Positions 45,445 through 54,375 of a DNA stretch of 64,000 bases are shown here, piece after piece. Numbering within the stretch: position 1 is the first letter of the stretch; each line of letters opens with the position of its first letter. This DNA is from an uncultured Actinomycetes bacterium (lineage in GTDB: Bacteria; Actinomycetota; Thermoleophilia; Gaiellales; Gaiellaceae). The notes beneath the pieces were generated by a model. That model was not told the DNA's origin. It did no database searches and saw only the letters and a list, made by a program, of their open reading frames with translations. The stretch lies in contig CAVOKD010000002.1 of assembly GCA_963696365.1 (NCBI GenBank), positions 294,082 to 358,081 on the forward strand, in the 5' to 3' direction. A program made the position numbers and the translations under genes.

Positions 45445-48030
45445 GTGGCGTCGTCGTCGTCAGCCGACTCGGCGGGAGCGCGACCCGTCGACCCCCGCCG
45501 GCCGCCGGCCGCGGCGCGGGCCCGGCGCTCGAGGCGCCGTGCGCGGGCCCTCCTCCTCGCGGGCGGGCACCTGTTCGTCCTCTCGGCGTTCGCGTTCGCG
45601 CAGCCGCTCTTCGACCTGCTCGCGCACAACGCCGAGTTCTTCGCCGTCCGCGGCTCGACGCGGGAGGACATCGTCGCGTTCGTGCTCGGGCGTGCTGCTC
45701 ATTCCGCCTGCGGTGCTGCTCGCTGGTCGAGCTCGTGGCGACGGCCGCGGGAGTGCTCGTCTGGCGCGCGGTGCACCTCGCTCTTCGTCGCCGCCCTGTC
45801 GGCGGTCGTCGTCCTGCAGGCGCTGGCGCAGCGCGTCGACGGCGGGATCCTGCTCCTCGTCGCGGCGGCCGCGCTCGGCGCCGCGGTGGCGTGGCTCTAC
45901 GTCCGGACGCCGCTCGTGCGGACGTTCCTCACGGTGCTGATCCCGGCGCCGGTGATCCTCGCGCTCCTCTTCCTCTTCGACTCGCCGGTGCACAAGCTGC
46001 TCACGGTCGAGGACGATGCTCCCGCCGCGGTCGCGAAGGTCTCGAAGACGCGCGACCCGGTGGTCGTGGTCGTCTTCGACGAGCTCACGACGGTCTCGCT
46101 CCTGAACGCCCGCGGCCGGATCGACGCCGGGCGGTTCCCGAACTTCGCCCGGCTCGCGCGCGACGCGACGTTCTACCGCCAGGCGACGACCGTGCACGGC
46201 TGGACCGAGCACGCGGTCCCGGCGATCCTGACCGGCCGCATCCCGCGCGACGACGAGCTGCCGATCTACGCCGACCACCGGCAGAACCTCTTCACGCTGC
46301 TCGGGCGGACGTACCGGATCCGCGCCCACGAGTCGATCACGAGCCTCTGCCCGAAGGGGCTCTGCGTACGCGGGAAGGAGGAGCCGGTCGAGGACGCGCC
46401 GCTCTCCGCAGGCGGCCCCGCCGCCCCGGCGGCGGAGGACTCGTTCGCGTCGGACGTCTCGATCCTCTACCTCCACACGCTGCTGCCGTCCTCGCTCGCC
46501 GAGCGCCTGCCGGCGGTCGACCAGTCGTGGCGGAACTTCCGCGGCGGCGGCGGGCCGCGAGCAGGACGGAGGGCGGCGGCGCGCCGGCGGCCGAGCCGCC
46601 TTGCGCGCCCGTCTGCCGGCTGACGCGCGACCTCGAGTCGGCGCGCGCGGGGACGCTCTACTTCTTCCACGCGCCGATCCCGCACCCGCCCTGGCGCTAC
46701 CTGCCCGTCGGGCAAGACGTACCTCGGCGACACGCAGGCGTTCCCGGGGCTCGTGAACTCGGTCTGGCAGGACGACGACGTCCTGATCCGGCAGGCGTAC
46801 GCCCGGTACATGCTGCAGGTCGGGTTCACCGACCGCGCGCTCGGGATGTTCCTCGACCGGCTCGAGCGGCGGCGGCTCTACGACCGCTCGCTGATCGTCG
46901 TCGTCGCCGACCACGGCGTGAACTTCCTGCCCGGGAGGCCGCGGCGCGAGCCGTCCGCCGACGGTCTGGACGAGGTCGCGTTCGTCCCGCTCTTCGTCAA
47001 GCTGCCGCGGCAGCGGCGCGGCCGCGTCCAGGACGGGCTTGCGCGGACGGTCGACGTGCTCCCGACGATCGCGGACGCGCTGCACATTCCGCTCCGCTGG
47101 AAGGTCGCAGGGCGCTCGCTGCTCGACGGCCCGCCGCCGGCGGACGGGACGGTCGAGGTGATCGGCGACGGTGGCGGCGTCGTCAGCGCGCCGCTCTCCC
47201 AGCTCGTCGCGGCGCGGGACGAGCGGCTCCGGCAGCAGATCTCGACCTTCGGGAGCGGAGGCTGGGACACGATGTGGGCCGGCGGCCCGCTTGCGGGCCT
47301 CGTCGGGCGGACGGTGGACGACGTCGCGCCGACCACCGCGGACGGGCTCGAGCTGGAGCTCGACGGCCGGACACTCCTGAACGAGGTCGACCCGAGCTCC
47401 CACCTGACGCCGAGCTACCTGGCCGGGCGGATCGACGGCGCCGAGCCCGGCTGGGACCTCGCGCTGGCGGTCGGCGGCAGGGTCGTGGCGACGTCGAGGA
47501 CGTACGACGCGCTCGGCGAGGTGCGCTTCGCGGGTCTCGTCCCGGAGGGGGCGCTGCGCGCCGGGCGGAACGAGATCGCCGTGCTCGTCGCGCGCCCGGG
47601 CAGCGGCGGCCTCGAGCGGATCGAGGAGCGCAACGCCGCGCTCCGGCTCACCGGAGCCGGCCTCCGCCGCGCCGACGGCTGCACCATTCCGCTCGACGGC
47701 GACATCCGCGGCGAGGTGGCGGTCGCCGTCGAGCCCGGCCGAGTCGACTTCTCGGGCTGGGCCGCCGATCTCGAGCGGCGAAGCAAGGTCGATTCGGTCG
47801 CCGTGTTCGTGGACGGGCGGCTCCTGTACGAGGCGACGGGCATCTCGTTCCGGCGCGACGTACCGCAGGAGGAGGAGGGCATCGAGGGCGTCGGCTTCGG
47901 GTTCCCGCTCCCGGACGGCGCGCTCCCCGCGCGCGGCGACTCCCACACGGTTCGCGTGATCGGCCTGAGCGGCGGCCGGGCCGGCGAGCTCGAGTACGCG
48001 TCCGGCTATCCCTGGCGCACGTCGGACTAG
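45445..48030 (+). pseudogene. membrane-anchored sulfatase/alkaline-phosphatase-superfamily protein (LTA-synthase-like) with a C-terminal beta-rich extension; about five apparent frameshifts
   Basis: The pieces are split over three frames. They are a TM region (..FVLSAFAFAQPLFDLL.., VLLIPPAVLL, LVELVATAAGVLVWRAVHLAL, FVAALSAVVVLQ..), then VVVVFDELTTVSLLN, then AGTLYFFHAPIPHPPWRYLP, then track ORF 46753..48030 (LIVVVADHGVNF...). Joins are near 45695, 45722, 45785, 46555 and 46715. Confidence 0.6.
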
Positions 48031-50319
48031 GGGCCCGCGGGCCGGACGTCGGCGGGGCGCAGCGGCGCGTCGGTCCTGCCGCCGCGCAGGAGGGCCGCGG
48101 CTCCGAGCACGACGAGCCCGGCCGCGAGGGCGGCGACGGCGCCCTGCGTGATCACCTGGCGCCAGACGTCCCAGGTGAAGTCGCCCGAGACGTCCCACGT
48201 GCACGGGCCCGGGCGGATCGAGATCGGGTCGACACAGCCGCCGGCGACCGGGCCGGCGACGATCCCGAAGACGGCGATCGTCCCGGTGATGCTGGCCGCG
48301 CAGAGCCCCTCGGCCAGCCGTGCGCGGTCGCGCGCGAAGCCGGCCGCCACGCCGCCGACGACCGCCTGGGCGACGAGCGCGATCACGATCTGCCAGAAGA
48401 AGAACGAGAGGATGAACTCGTCCCGGTCGCGGGTCGCCTGCTCGACGAAGCTGTGCACGCCCGCGCGGTGGAGCACGTACGCCGTCAGGCAGGCGAGGCC
48501 GCCTGCGACGCCGAGCAGGAACGGCCGGAGAAACCGCACGCGCGGGCGCTCGGGGTCGAGGACGCCGCCCGGGTCGAGGAAGGCCCACGGCGCCTCGCCG
48601 GTCCGGCGGCGACGGACGAGCACGGCCGCGAGCGGGAACGCCCAGAGCAGGACGATCGAGAGGGGGATCAGCGGGCGGCCGATCAGCACGAGCGTCTGCG
48701 GGTCCATGACGAGCTGCCAGAGCCAGCGCGGCCCGGCCCAGGCGACGGCGTCCACCTGCGCGTGCTGCTCGGCCGTCAGCGACTTCGAGAACGTGATCCC
48801 CTCCGAGAGCAGGCGGAGCGAGTAGAAGGCGCCGAGCGCGATCGTCAGCACGCCGGCGGCGACGAGCAGGCCGGCCGTCCAGGCGTCCCGTGAGCGCCGC
48901 GCCGCCTCGGCGCGCAGCCAGACGGACGCGCCGTTCGCGATCCAGTCGAGCAGGAGCAGCGTCAGCGCGAGGAGCGCCACCACCCAGAGCACGCCGTCGC
49001 CGTGGAGGACGTCGCCGAGCAGGCCGCGGCCCTCCCCGGGACGGCGCTCGCGAGCGAGAGCTCCGGGCCGATCAGCATCCCGGCGGCGAGCGCGACGCCG
49101 AGCGGCCAGATCGACTGCGTTTGCGTTCCGCTCGCGACGGCGCCGAAGCGGTCGCGCCAAAGCGCCACGCCGACGACGCCGACGAGGAGCGGCGCGAAGA
49201 CGAGCGCGGCGATCATCGCGATGTCGAGCGGGTCGTCCACGTACCAGCCGACGAGCGAGTGGACGCTGTCGAAGTTGATCGTCGCGGCGAGGCCGGCCGC
49301 GAACACCTCGACGACGCCGATCGAGAAGAGCGGGCGCGTGTCCGCGAGTGCGGCGACGCGCCGCTCGGGGGAGGGGTGGAGCGCGAGCAGCCGCCACGGC
49401 ATCCGGTCCTCGCGCGCCTTGAGCCCGCCGACCACGCGGGAGAGCGCCCCGCCCGGGCCGTCGCTTCGTGGACGCGCGCAGGTCGGCGTAGATCTCGCGC
49501 GAGCGCAGGACGGCGTTCCGCGTCAGGTAGACAAGCCCGGCGAGGACGGCGAGGCGCCAGGTGACCGAGAGCGCGAAGCTGCCCTCGTCGAAGATCGTGA
49601 ACGCGAACGGCACGACCGCCGCGAGGAGGAACGCGTACCAGAGCGCGAGCGTCGCGTACGTGAGCCCGACGTCGCGGTTGCGGATGTGGGCGAGCTCGTG
49701 GCGGACGATCGCGCGGAAGCCGTCCGGGTCGGTCGCGTGGCGGACGACGAGCCCGCCGGTCAGCCCGACCGAGTAGTGACCGGGGTAGCCGAACGCGACG
49801 CCGGTCGCCGCCGGCTGGAGCGGCGCCCAGACCCAGCGCGGCTCCTCCTTCAGGCCGGCCTCGCGGGAGAGCTCCGCGAGCGCTGGCCAGCGCCTCGGGC
49901 GCGTCCTCGGCCTCGAGCGGGACGAAGCCGGCGCGGCGCTCCTTGATCCGCGGCCAGGCGATCGTCAGCGCGACGGCGACGGCAAGCACGAGCGCGACGC
50001 CGCCGAGCATCCAGATCGCCGCGTCCTGGTACGTGCGCTGGACGCAGGCGTTGAACTGGTCCGAGAGGTTGGCGAGCGTGAGCGGGTCGGTCGTGACGCC
50101 GGCGAAGAGGCCCTGCGAGTCCTGGAGGCACTCGAGCGCGGCGGCGCTGGTCTCCGCCGCGTCGGTCGCGAGGACGGTCCACATCCAGTTCCAGACGTAG
50201 AGCGTCGCCCCGAGCACGGCGGCGACGAGGAGCAGGAAGCGGAAGGTCGTGTCGGGCGGGAAGGCGAAGGGATTGGGCCGGGGCGGCCGTTCCGGCTCGG
50301 CCCCTGCCGCGGCGCTCAT
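48027..50319 (-). pseudogene. M48-family zinc metalloprotease fused to a large polytopic C-terminal membrane domain; three apparent frameshifts
   Basis: ATG 50319: MSAAAGAEPERPPRPNPFAF..FRFLLLVAAVLGATLYVW... ; FRAIVRHELAHIRNRD (HExxH) ; REIYADLRA ; LLALHPSPERRVAAL. About 430 aa of TM-rich sequence follow, to 48027 (track ORFs 49213.., 48962..49435, 48027..49613). Joins are at about 49870-49885, 49465-49478 and 49033-49042. Confidence 0.65.
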
Positions 50320-50810
50320 GCCGTCGCCAGGCTCCCGACGAGCGAGTCGGCGAGGAGCTCCGCCTTGTCCGGGGCGAGCTTCAGCTGCTGGGCCTTCTCG
50401 AGCGCGAGCGCGCGCACCTGCTCGAGCTGCGCCTCGGTCAGCTCGGGCGTCTCGGCGGGCGCGGCCGCCTCGCCTTCGGGTTGCTCGTCTCCGTGCTTGA
50501 GCAGCCGGTCGGTGAAGCGCTCGATCGCCTCCTTGCCGTGCTCGCGCGCCTGCTCGCGCACCTGCTCGAGCACGAAGTTGAGGACGTCCTTCGCCACGTT
50601 CAGCGCCACCGGCGTGACGAGCACGACCGCCGCCTCGACGCCGAAGCCGAGCATCTCGTCGCCCGACTTCTGCCGCTCGAGCGCGGCCGGATCCTCGAAG
50701 TACGCCTGGCTCGTGGCGCGGAAGAGCGGCAGCTCCTCGGGCGCGGTCTGCGAGACGGCCGAGCGCGCGAGCTGCGCGACGAGCGCGTCGTCGACCGCGA
50801 CGTCGCTCAC
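50316..50810 (-). CDS. hypothetical protein (~164 aa), translationally coupled to the M48 gene
   Basis: In-frame part of track ORF 50316..51035. GTG 50810 follows GGAGAGGAG: VSDVAVDDALVAQLARSAVSQTAPEELPLFRATSQAYFEDP... The stop overlaps the M48 ATG as ATGA. Confidence 0.5.
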   Translation of the reverse strand: MSDVAVDDALVAQLARSAVSQTAPEELPLFRATSQAYFEDPAALERQKSGDEMLGFGVEAAVVLVTPVALNVAKDVLNFVLEQVREQAREHGKEAIERFTDRLLKHGDEQPEGEAAAPAETPELTEAQLEQVRALALEKAQQLKLAPDKAELLADSLVGSLATA

Positions 50811-51129
50811 CGACCGCTCCTCTCCGCCGCAGCAACGCAAAGGGCCGTCATCCGTCCTCCCTCGTGGCTCTGCCGAACCATAGGCCGCGCCCCGGCGGGC
50901 AGCAAGGGAGCCGGTTTCACCCCACTGAGGCGATGCAGCCGCCGCGGGCAGGGCGGTAGCGTCGCGCGGCGGGACGCGCCGCTCGTGCGTCCGGCACCCG
51001 ATCCCCGAGCGCCCGAGGAGGTACGCCGGTGACACTCAAGCATCCGCAGGCGGCCGCCGGCGCGGCCGGCGCCCGTGCACGACGCCGAGAGCGGGACGGC
51101 GTTCGCCCATTGACCCCAAGGAGGAGACG

Positions 51130-51964
51130 ATGTGCCGCTGGCTCGCATACTCGGGAACGCCGGTGCTCCTGGAGGAGCTCCTCTACAAGCCGCAGCATTC
51201 GCTCATCGACCAGAGCCTGCACTCGCGGCTCGGCGTCGAGACCACGAACGGCGACGGCTTCGGCGTCGGCTGGTACGGCGAGGGCAAGACGCCGGCCGTC
51301 TTCAAGTCGATCGAGCCCGCCTGGAACGACCGCAACCTGCGCGAGCTCGCCGGCGACATCCGCTCCGGCCTCGTGTTCGCGCACATCCGCGCGTCGACCG
51401 GCACGCCGGTGCAGCAGACCAACTGCCATCCGTTCCGGCACGGGCGCTGGCTCTGGATGCACAACGGGTCGATCGCGCAGTTCCACGAGGTGAAGCGCGA
51501 GCTGATGCTCGCCGTCGACCCGTCGCTCTACTCCGACGTCGAGGGCTCGACCGACTCGGAGGCGTTCTTCTTCCTCGCGCTCACGCTCGGGCTCGAGGAC
51601 GACCCGCCCGGCGCCGTCGCGCGCGCGGTCGGCCTCATCGAGGAGGTCGGGCGCCGCAACGGGATCGAGCATCCGATCCAGATGACGGTGGCGACGAGCG
51701 ACGGCGACCGGATCTGGGGCTTCCGCTACTCGAGCGAGGGCAAGTCGCGCTCGCTCTTCTACTCGACCCTGATCGACACGCTGCGCCAGCAGTACCCGGA
51801 CAACCCGATCTTCCAGGAGCTCTCCGACGAGAGCCGGCTCGTCGTCTCCGAGCCGCTCGGCGACCTGCCCGGCGCGTGGAACGAGGTGCCCGAGTCGAGC
51901 TACGGCGTGATCCAGGAGGGGCAGGACGAGCTCCACCCCTTCGCGCCGCAGGCCCCGTGCCTAG
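51130..51964 (+). CDS. class II (Ntn, YafJ-type) glutamine amidotransferase; 3' end uncertain
   Basis: Track ORF 51130..52083, with AAGGAGG 5 nt upstream: MCRWLAYSG (Cys2 nucleophile) ...GDGFGVGWY...FAHIRASTG...NCHPF...WMHNG. The track ORF runs in frame, without a stop, into the next gene's ATG. The codon usage of the last ~35 codons looks atypical. A TAG at 51962..51964 lies in a neighbouring frame. Confidence 0.7.
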
Positions 51965-52041
51965 CCGAGAACGTGTGGAAGGGTCTGGCGAGCCGGACGG
52001 CGAATGGGCCGCCGACGCCGTGCACGACAAGGAGGCAGCCG

Positions 52042-52441
52042 ATGTCCACGCAGTCCTACGCGCTTCGAGATCCGGGTGGGTGACGTTCGCCGCGATCGTG
52101 ATGGCCGCGGTCGGGATCGCCCGCATCATCTCGGCGATCGACGTACTTCGACGACTCGAACGACGATCGCGAACCTGACGAACGGGCTCTGGGGCGACCA
52201 GCTCTGGTTCTGGGGCCTCTGGGATCTCGTCGGTCGCGGCGCTCGCGCTCTTCGGCAGCTGGTCGCTCGATGAGCAACGGCGGCTTCGGCCGCATCGTCG
52301 CCTACGTCTGGGCGATCTCTGGTGATCGTGAACGGGTTCCTGATCCTCTCGGTCGCGCCCTGGTACGCCGCGTTCGCGATCACGCTCGCGGTGCTGGTCG
52401 TCTATGGGCTGGCCACGTCGCCCTCACGGGCGGACGTCTGA
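52042..52441 (+). pseudogene. small membrane protein, DUF7144-like; at least four apparent frameshifts in 400 nt
   Basis: ATG 52042 lies 6 nt after AAGGAGG. The pieces across three frames are MSTQSYALRDPG / WVTFAAIVMAAVGIARIISAID / IANLTNGLWGDQLWFWGLWDLV / VAALALFGSWSL / NGGFGRIVAYVWAI / LVIVNGFLILSVAPWYAAFAITLAVLVVYGLATSPSRADV, ending at TGA 52439..52441. Confidence 0.5.
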
Positions 52442-52453
52442 GCTCACCGCGCA

Positions 52454-52740
52454 GTGACCGAGGACGGGTCCGCGGGGACCCGTCCTCGGTACCTCGCGTA
52501 CGCGGAGGTCTCGGGCGGCTACCTCGGGGCCGCACCGGCGGAGCTCGCGTGGCGGATCGCCGCCGGCAACCTGCTCGGCTGCATGCGCGTTCATCTCGCG
52601 CCACGGCACGTGGAGAGCGCGGACGGGAGGACCGCGACCTGGTCCTCGCCGCGAACGCGTTCACGGCGTTCGGCGGGCTCTGCTTCCTCGTCGGGGCCAT
52701 CCTGCTCCTGCCCGAGTCCGCCGCCGAGCAGTCCGACTAG
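52454..52740 (+). pseudogene. small membrane protein fragment(s), frameshifted; family unclear
   Basis: Track ORF 52454.. reads ..YLAYAEVSGGYLGAAPAELAWRIAAGNLLGCM. The end of track ORF 52270..52740 reads DLVLAANAFTAFGGLCFLVGAILLLPESAAEQSD. I could not reconstruct the link between them with confidence. Confidence 0.3.
52457..52490. repeat. 15-bp perfect-stem GC hairpin, copy A of a recurring palindromic element (possible terminator)
   Basis: ACCGAGGACGGGTCC gcgg GGACCCGTCCTCGGT. The right arm is identical to the one at 53633..53647. Confidence 0.6.
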
Positions 52741-52747
52741 ACATATT

Positions 52748-52765
52748 CCTATATAGGTATATAAT
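52748..52765 (+). promoter_or_regulatory. operator-like palindrome plus TATAAT -10 of a leaderless arsR-family transcript
   Basis: CCTATATAGG (52748..52757) is a perfect palindrome; extended, it is ATTCCTATATAGGTAT with one mismatched pair. TATAAT lies at 52760..52765, 6 nt before ATG 52772, with no SD. Confidence 0.55.
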
Positions 52766-52771
52766 CTCGCC

Positions 52772-53125
52772 ATGGCTCGAGCGGCGACGACGGCGGACGC
52801 GTTCAACGCGGTGGCGGAGCCCCGGCGGCGGGAGATCCTCGACCTGCTCGCCGGCGGCGAGCGGCCGGTCGGGGAGCTCGTCGCGGAGCTCGGCCTCGCC
52901 CAGCCGCAGGTCTCGAAGCACCTGCGCGTGCTGCGCGAGGTCGGCGTGGTCGACGTCCGCGGCGACGGTCGGCGGCGGCTCTACCGCCTGAACGGCCGCG
53001 GGCTCAAGCCGATCCACGACTGGGTGAAGGTCTACGAGCGCTCCTGGTCGGAGCGGTTCGACGAGCTGGACGTCGTGCTCGAGGACCTCAAGCGAAAGGA
53101 GAGAGGAGATGACGGTGGCGAATAG
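52772..53125 (+). CDS. ArsR/SmtB-family transcriptional regulator
   Basis: Track ORF 52772..53125: FNAVAEPRRREILDLLAGGERPVGELVAELGLAQPQVSKHLRVLREVGVV. Confidence 0.85.
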   Translation: MARAATTADAFNAVAEPRRREILDLLAGGERPVGELVAELGLAQPQVSKHLRVLREVGVVDVRGDGRRRLYRLNGRGLKPIHDWVKVYERSWSERFDELDVVLEDLKRKERGDDGGE

Positions 53126-53607
53126 CCGCTCCGCGACGGTCACGCTTCCGGCGGACGAGCAGATCCTGATCACGCGCGAGTTCGACGCGCCCAGGCACCT
53201 CGTCTACGAGGCGTGGACGACGCCGGAGCTGGTCCGGCGCTGGTGGCACGCGAACCGCGGCGAGATGACGGTGGCCGAGATCGACCTGCGGGTCGGCGGC
53301 CGCTGGCGCTACGCGATGGTGACGCCCGAGGGCCACGAGGTCGCGTTCCACGGCGAGTACCGCGAGATCGTCCCGGACGAGCGGCTCGTCCACACCGAGG
53401 TGTACGAGTCGCCCGAGACCCGGCCGGGCGAGGAGGGCGCGCTCAACATCGTCACGTTCGCGGAGGCGCGACGGCCGCACGGCGGTCACGGTGCTGATGG
53501 AGTGCGGATCGAAGGAGCTGCGCGACCTGATCGTCGAGTCCGGGATGGAGGACGGCCTGCAGGACGCGCTCGACCTGCTCGAGCAGGTCGCGGCCTCCCG
53601 CCGCTGA
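53109..53607 (+). pseudogene. SRPBCC (AHSA1-like) family protein, one apparent frameshift
   Basis: Track ORF 53109..: ILITREFDAPRHLVYEAWTTPELVRRWW...EVAFHGEYREIVPDERLVHTE. At about 53462..53468 it continues as RDGRTAVTVLMECGSKELRDLIVESGMEDGLQDALDLLEQVAASRR, ending at TGA 53605..53607. Confidence 0.7.
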
Positions 53608-53614
53608 GCACGGT

Positions 53615-53646
53615 CCGAGGACGGGCCCGACCGGACCCGTCCTCGG
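53615..53646. terminator. hairpin copy B of the CCGAGGACGGG element, downstream of the SRPBCC gene
   Basis: CCGAGGACGGG 53615..53625 pairs with CCCGTCCTCGG 53636..53646. Confidence 0.55.
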
Positions 53647-53691
53647 TGCCGCTTTGCGGCGCTACCCGTGCGTGGAGCCTGGTCCGAAAGT

Positions 53692-53718
53692 AGGACGGGC
53701 CCGAGTGGGGCCCGTCCT
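53692..53718. terminator. related hairpin downstream of the minus-strand cupin gene
   Basis: AGGACGGGCCC gagtg GGGCCCGTCCT, an 11-bp stem. On the minus strand it is followed by ACTTTC. Confidence 0.5.
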
Positions 53719-53764
53719 GTTTCGATCTCTGCTGCGTGGTGCGTGGCCTTGTCCGCTTCGTCGC

Positions 53765-54281
53765 CTACGGGCAGGCTTGGGCGGCCGGGATGAGCAGCGG
53801 CCCGTCGGCGGGCGCGGCGAAGAACGTCGCGACGAACACGACGACCTCGTTCCCGGCGTTGCGGGCGCTGTGGACATGCCCCTGACCCGGATCGACGAAG
53901 GACGTGCCGGCCGGGTACGTGCGCTCCTGGCAGTCGTCCGCCGGGATGTACGTCAGCTCGCCGGAGACGATCGTGACGACGACCGGTCCGCGGTGGGAGT
54001 GCCAGGGGAACTGCGCGCCCGGCTGCACCGTGTACCGCGCCACGACCGTTCGCGACGGGTCCTTGACCTTGACGACCTGCTTGTGCAGCCCATGGAGCGT
54101 GAGCTTGAACTTCAGGTCGACGTCGTCCGAGAAGGTGGCGCGGGCGGTCAGGAACTCGGTCGCGATGGGCGCCGGCGGCGTCTGCGCCGACGACGGCAAC
54201 ACGTTGAGTGCGAGAACGAGGACGATGAACGGCGATCAACGCCGTTCCGGCCGCAGCTCCTCGCTTCTTGTTCAGCCGCAT
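53765..54281 (-). pseudogene. secreted cupin-domain protein, one apparent frameshift in the signal peptide
   Basis: ATG 54281: MRLNKKRGAAAGTALIAV. At about 54222..54232 it continues as IVLVLALNVLPSSAQTPP... (track ORF 53765..54202: GAQFPWHSHRGPVVVTIVSGEL..GQGHVHSARN). Confidence 0.65.
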
Positions 54282-54375
54282 GGTGGTCTCCCTTCGGTCG
54301 GTGGTGTTGAACTCCACGGCGCGTGACCGTCACAGTGCGGCGTGTGACCGGGCGTGTGACACGCCGGGGGGAACA

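Noticed and set aside
45342-48893. 1183-aa plus-strand and 1042-aa minus-strand (45460..48588) ORFs
   Set aside because: Both are mostly off-frame or antisense to the sulfatase-like and M48 genes. Only short in-frame islands (e.g. LVELVATAAGVLVWRAVHLAL, AGTLYFFHAPIPHPPWRYLP) are real, and these belong to the frameshifted sulfatase-like gene.
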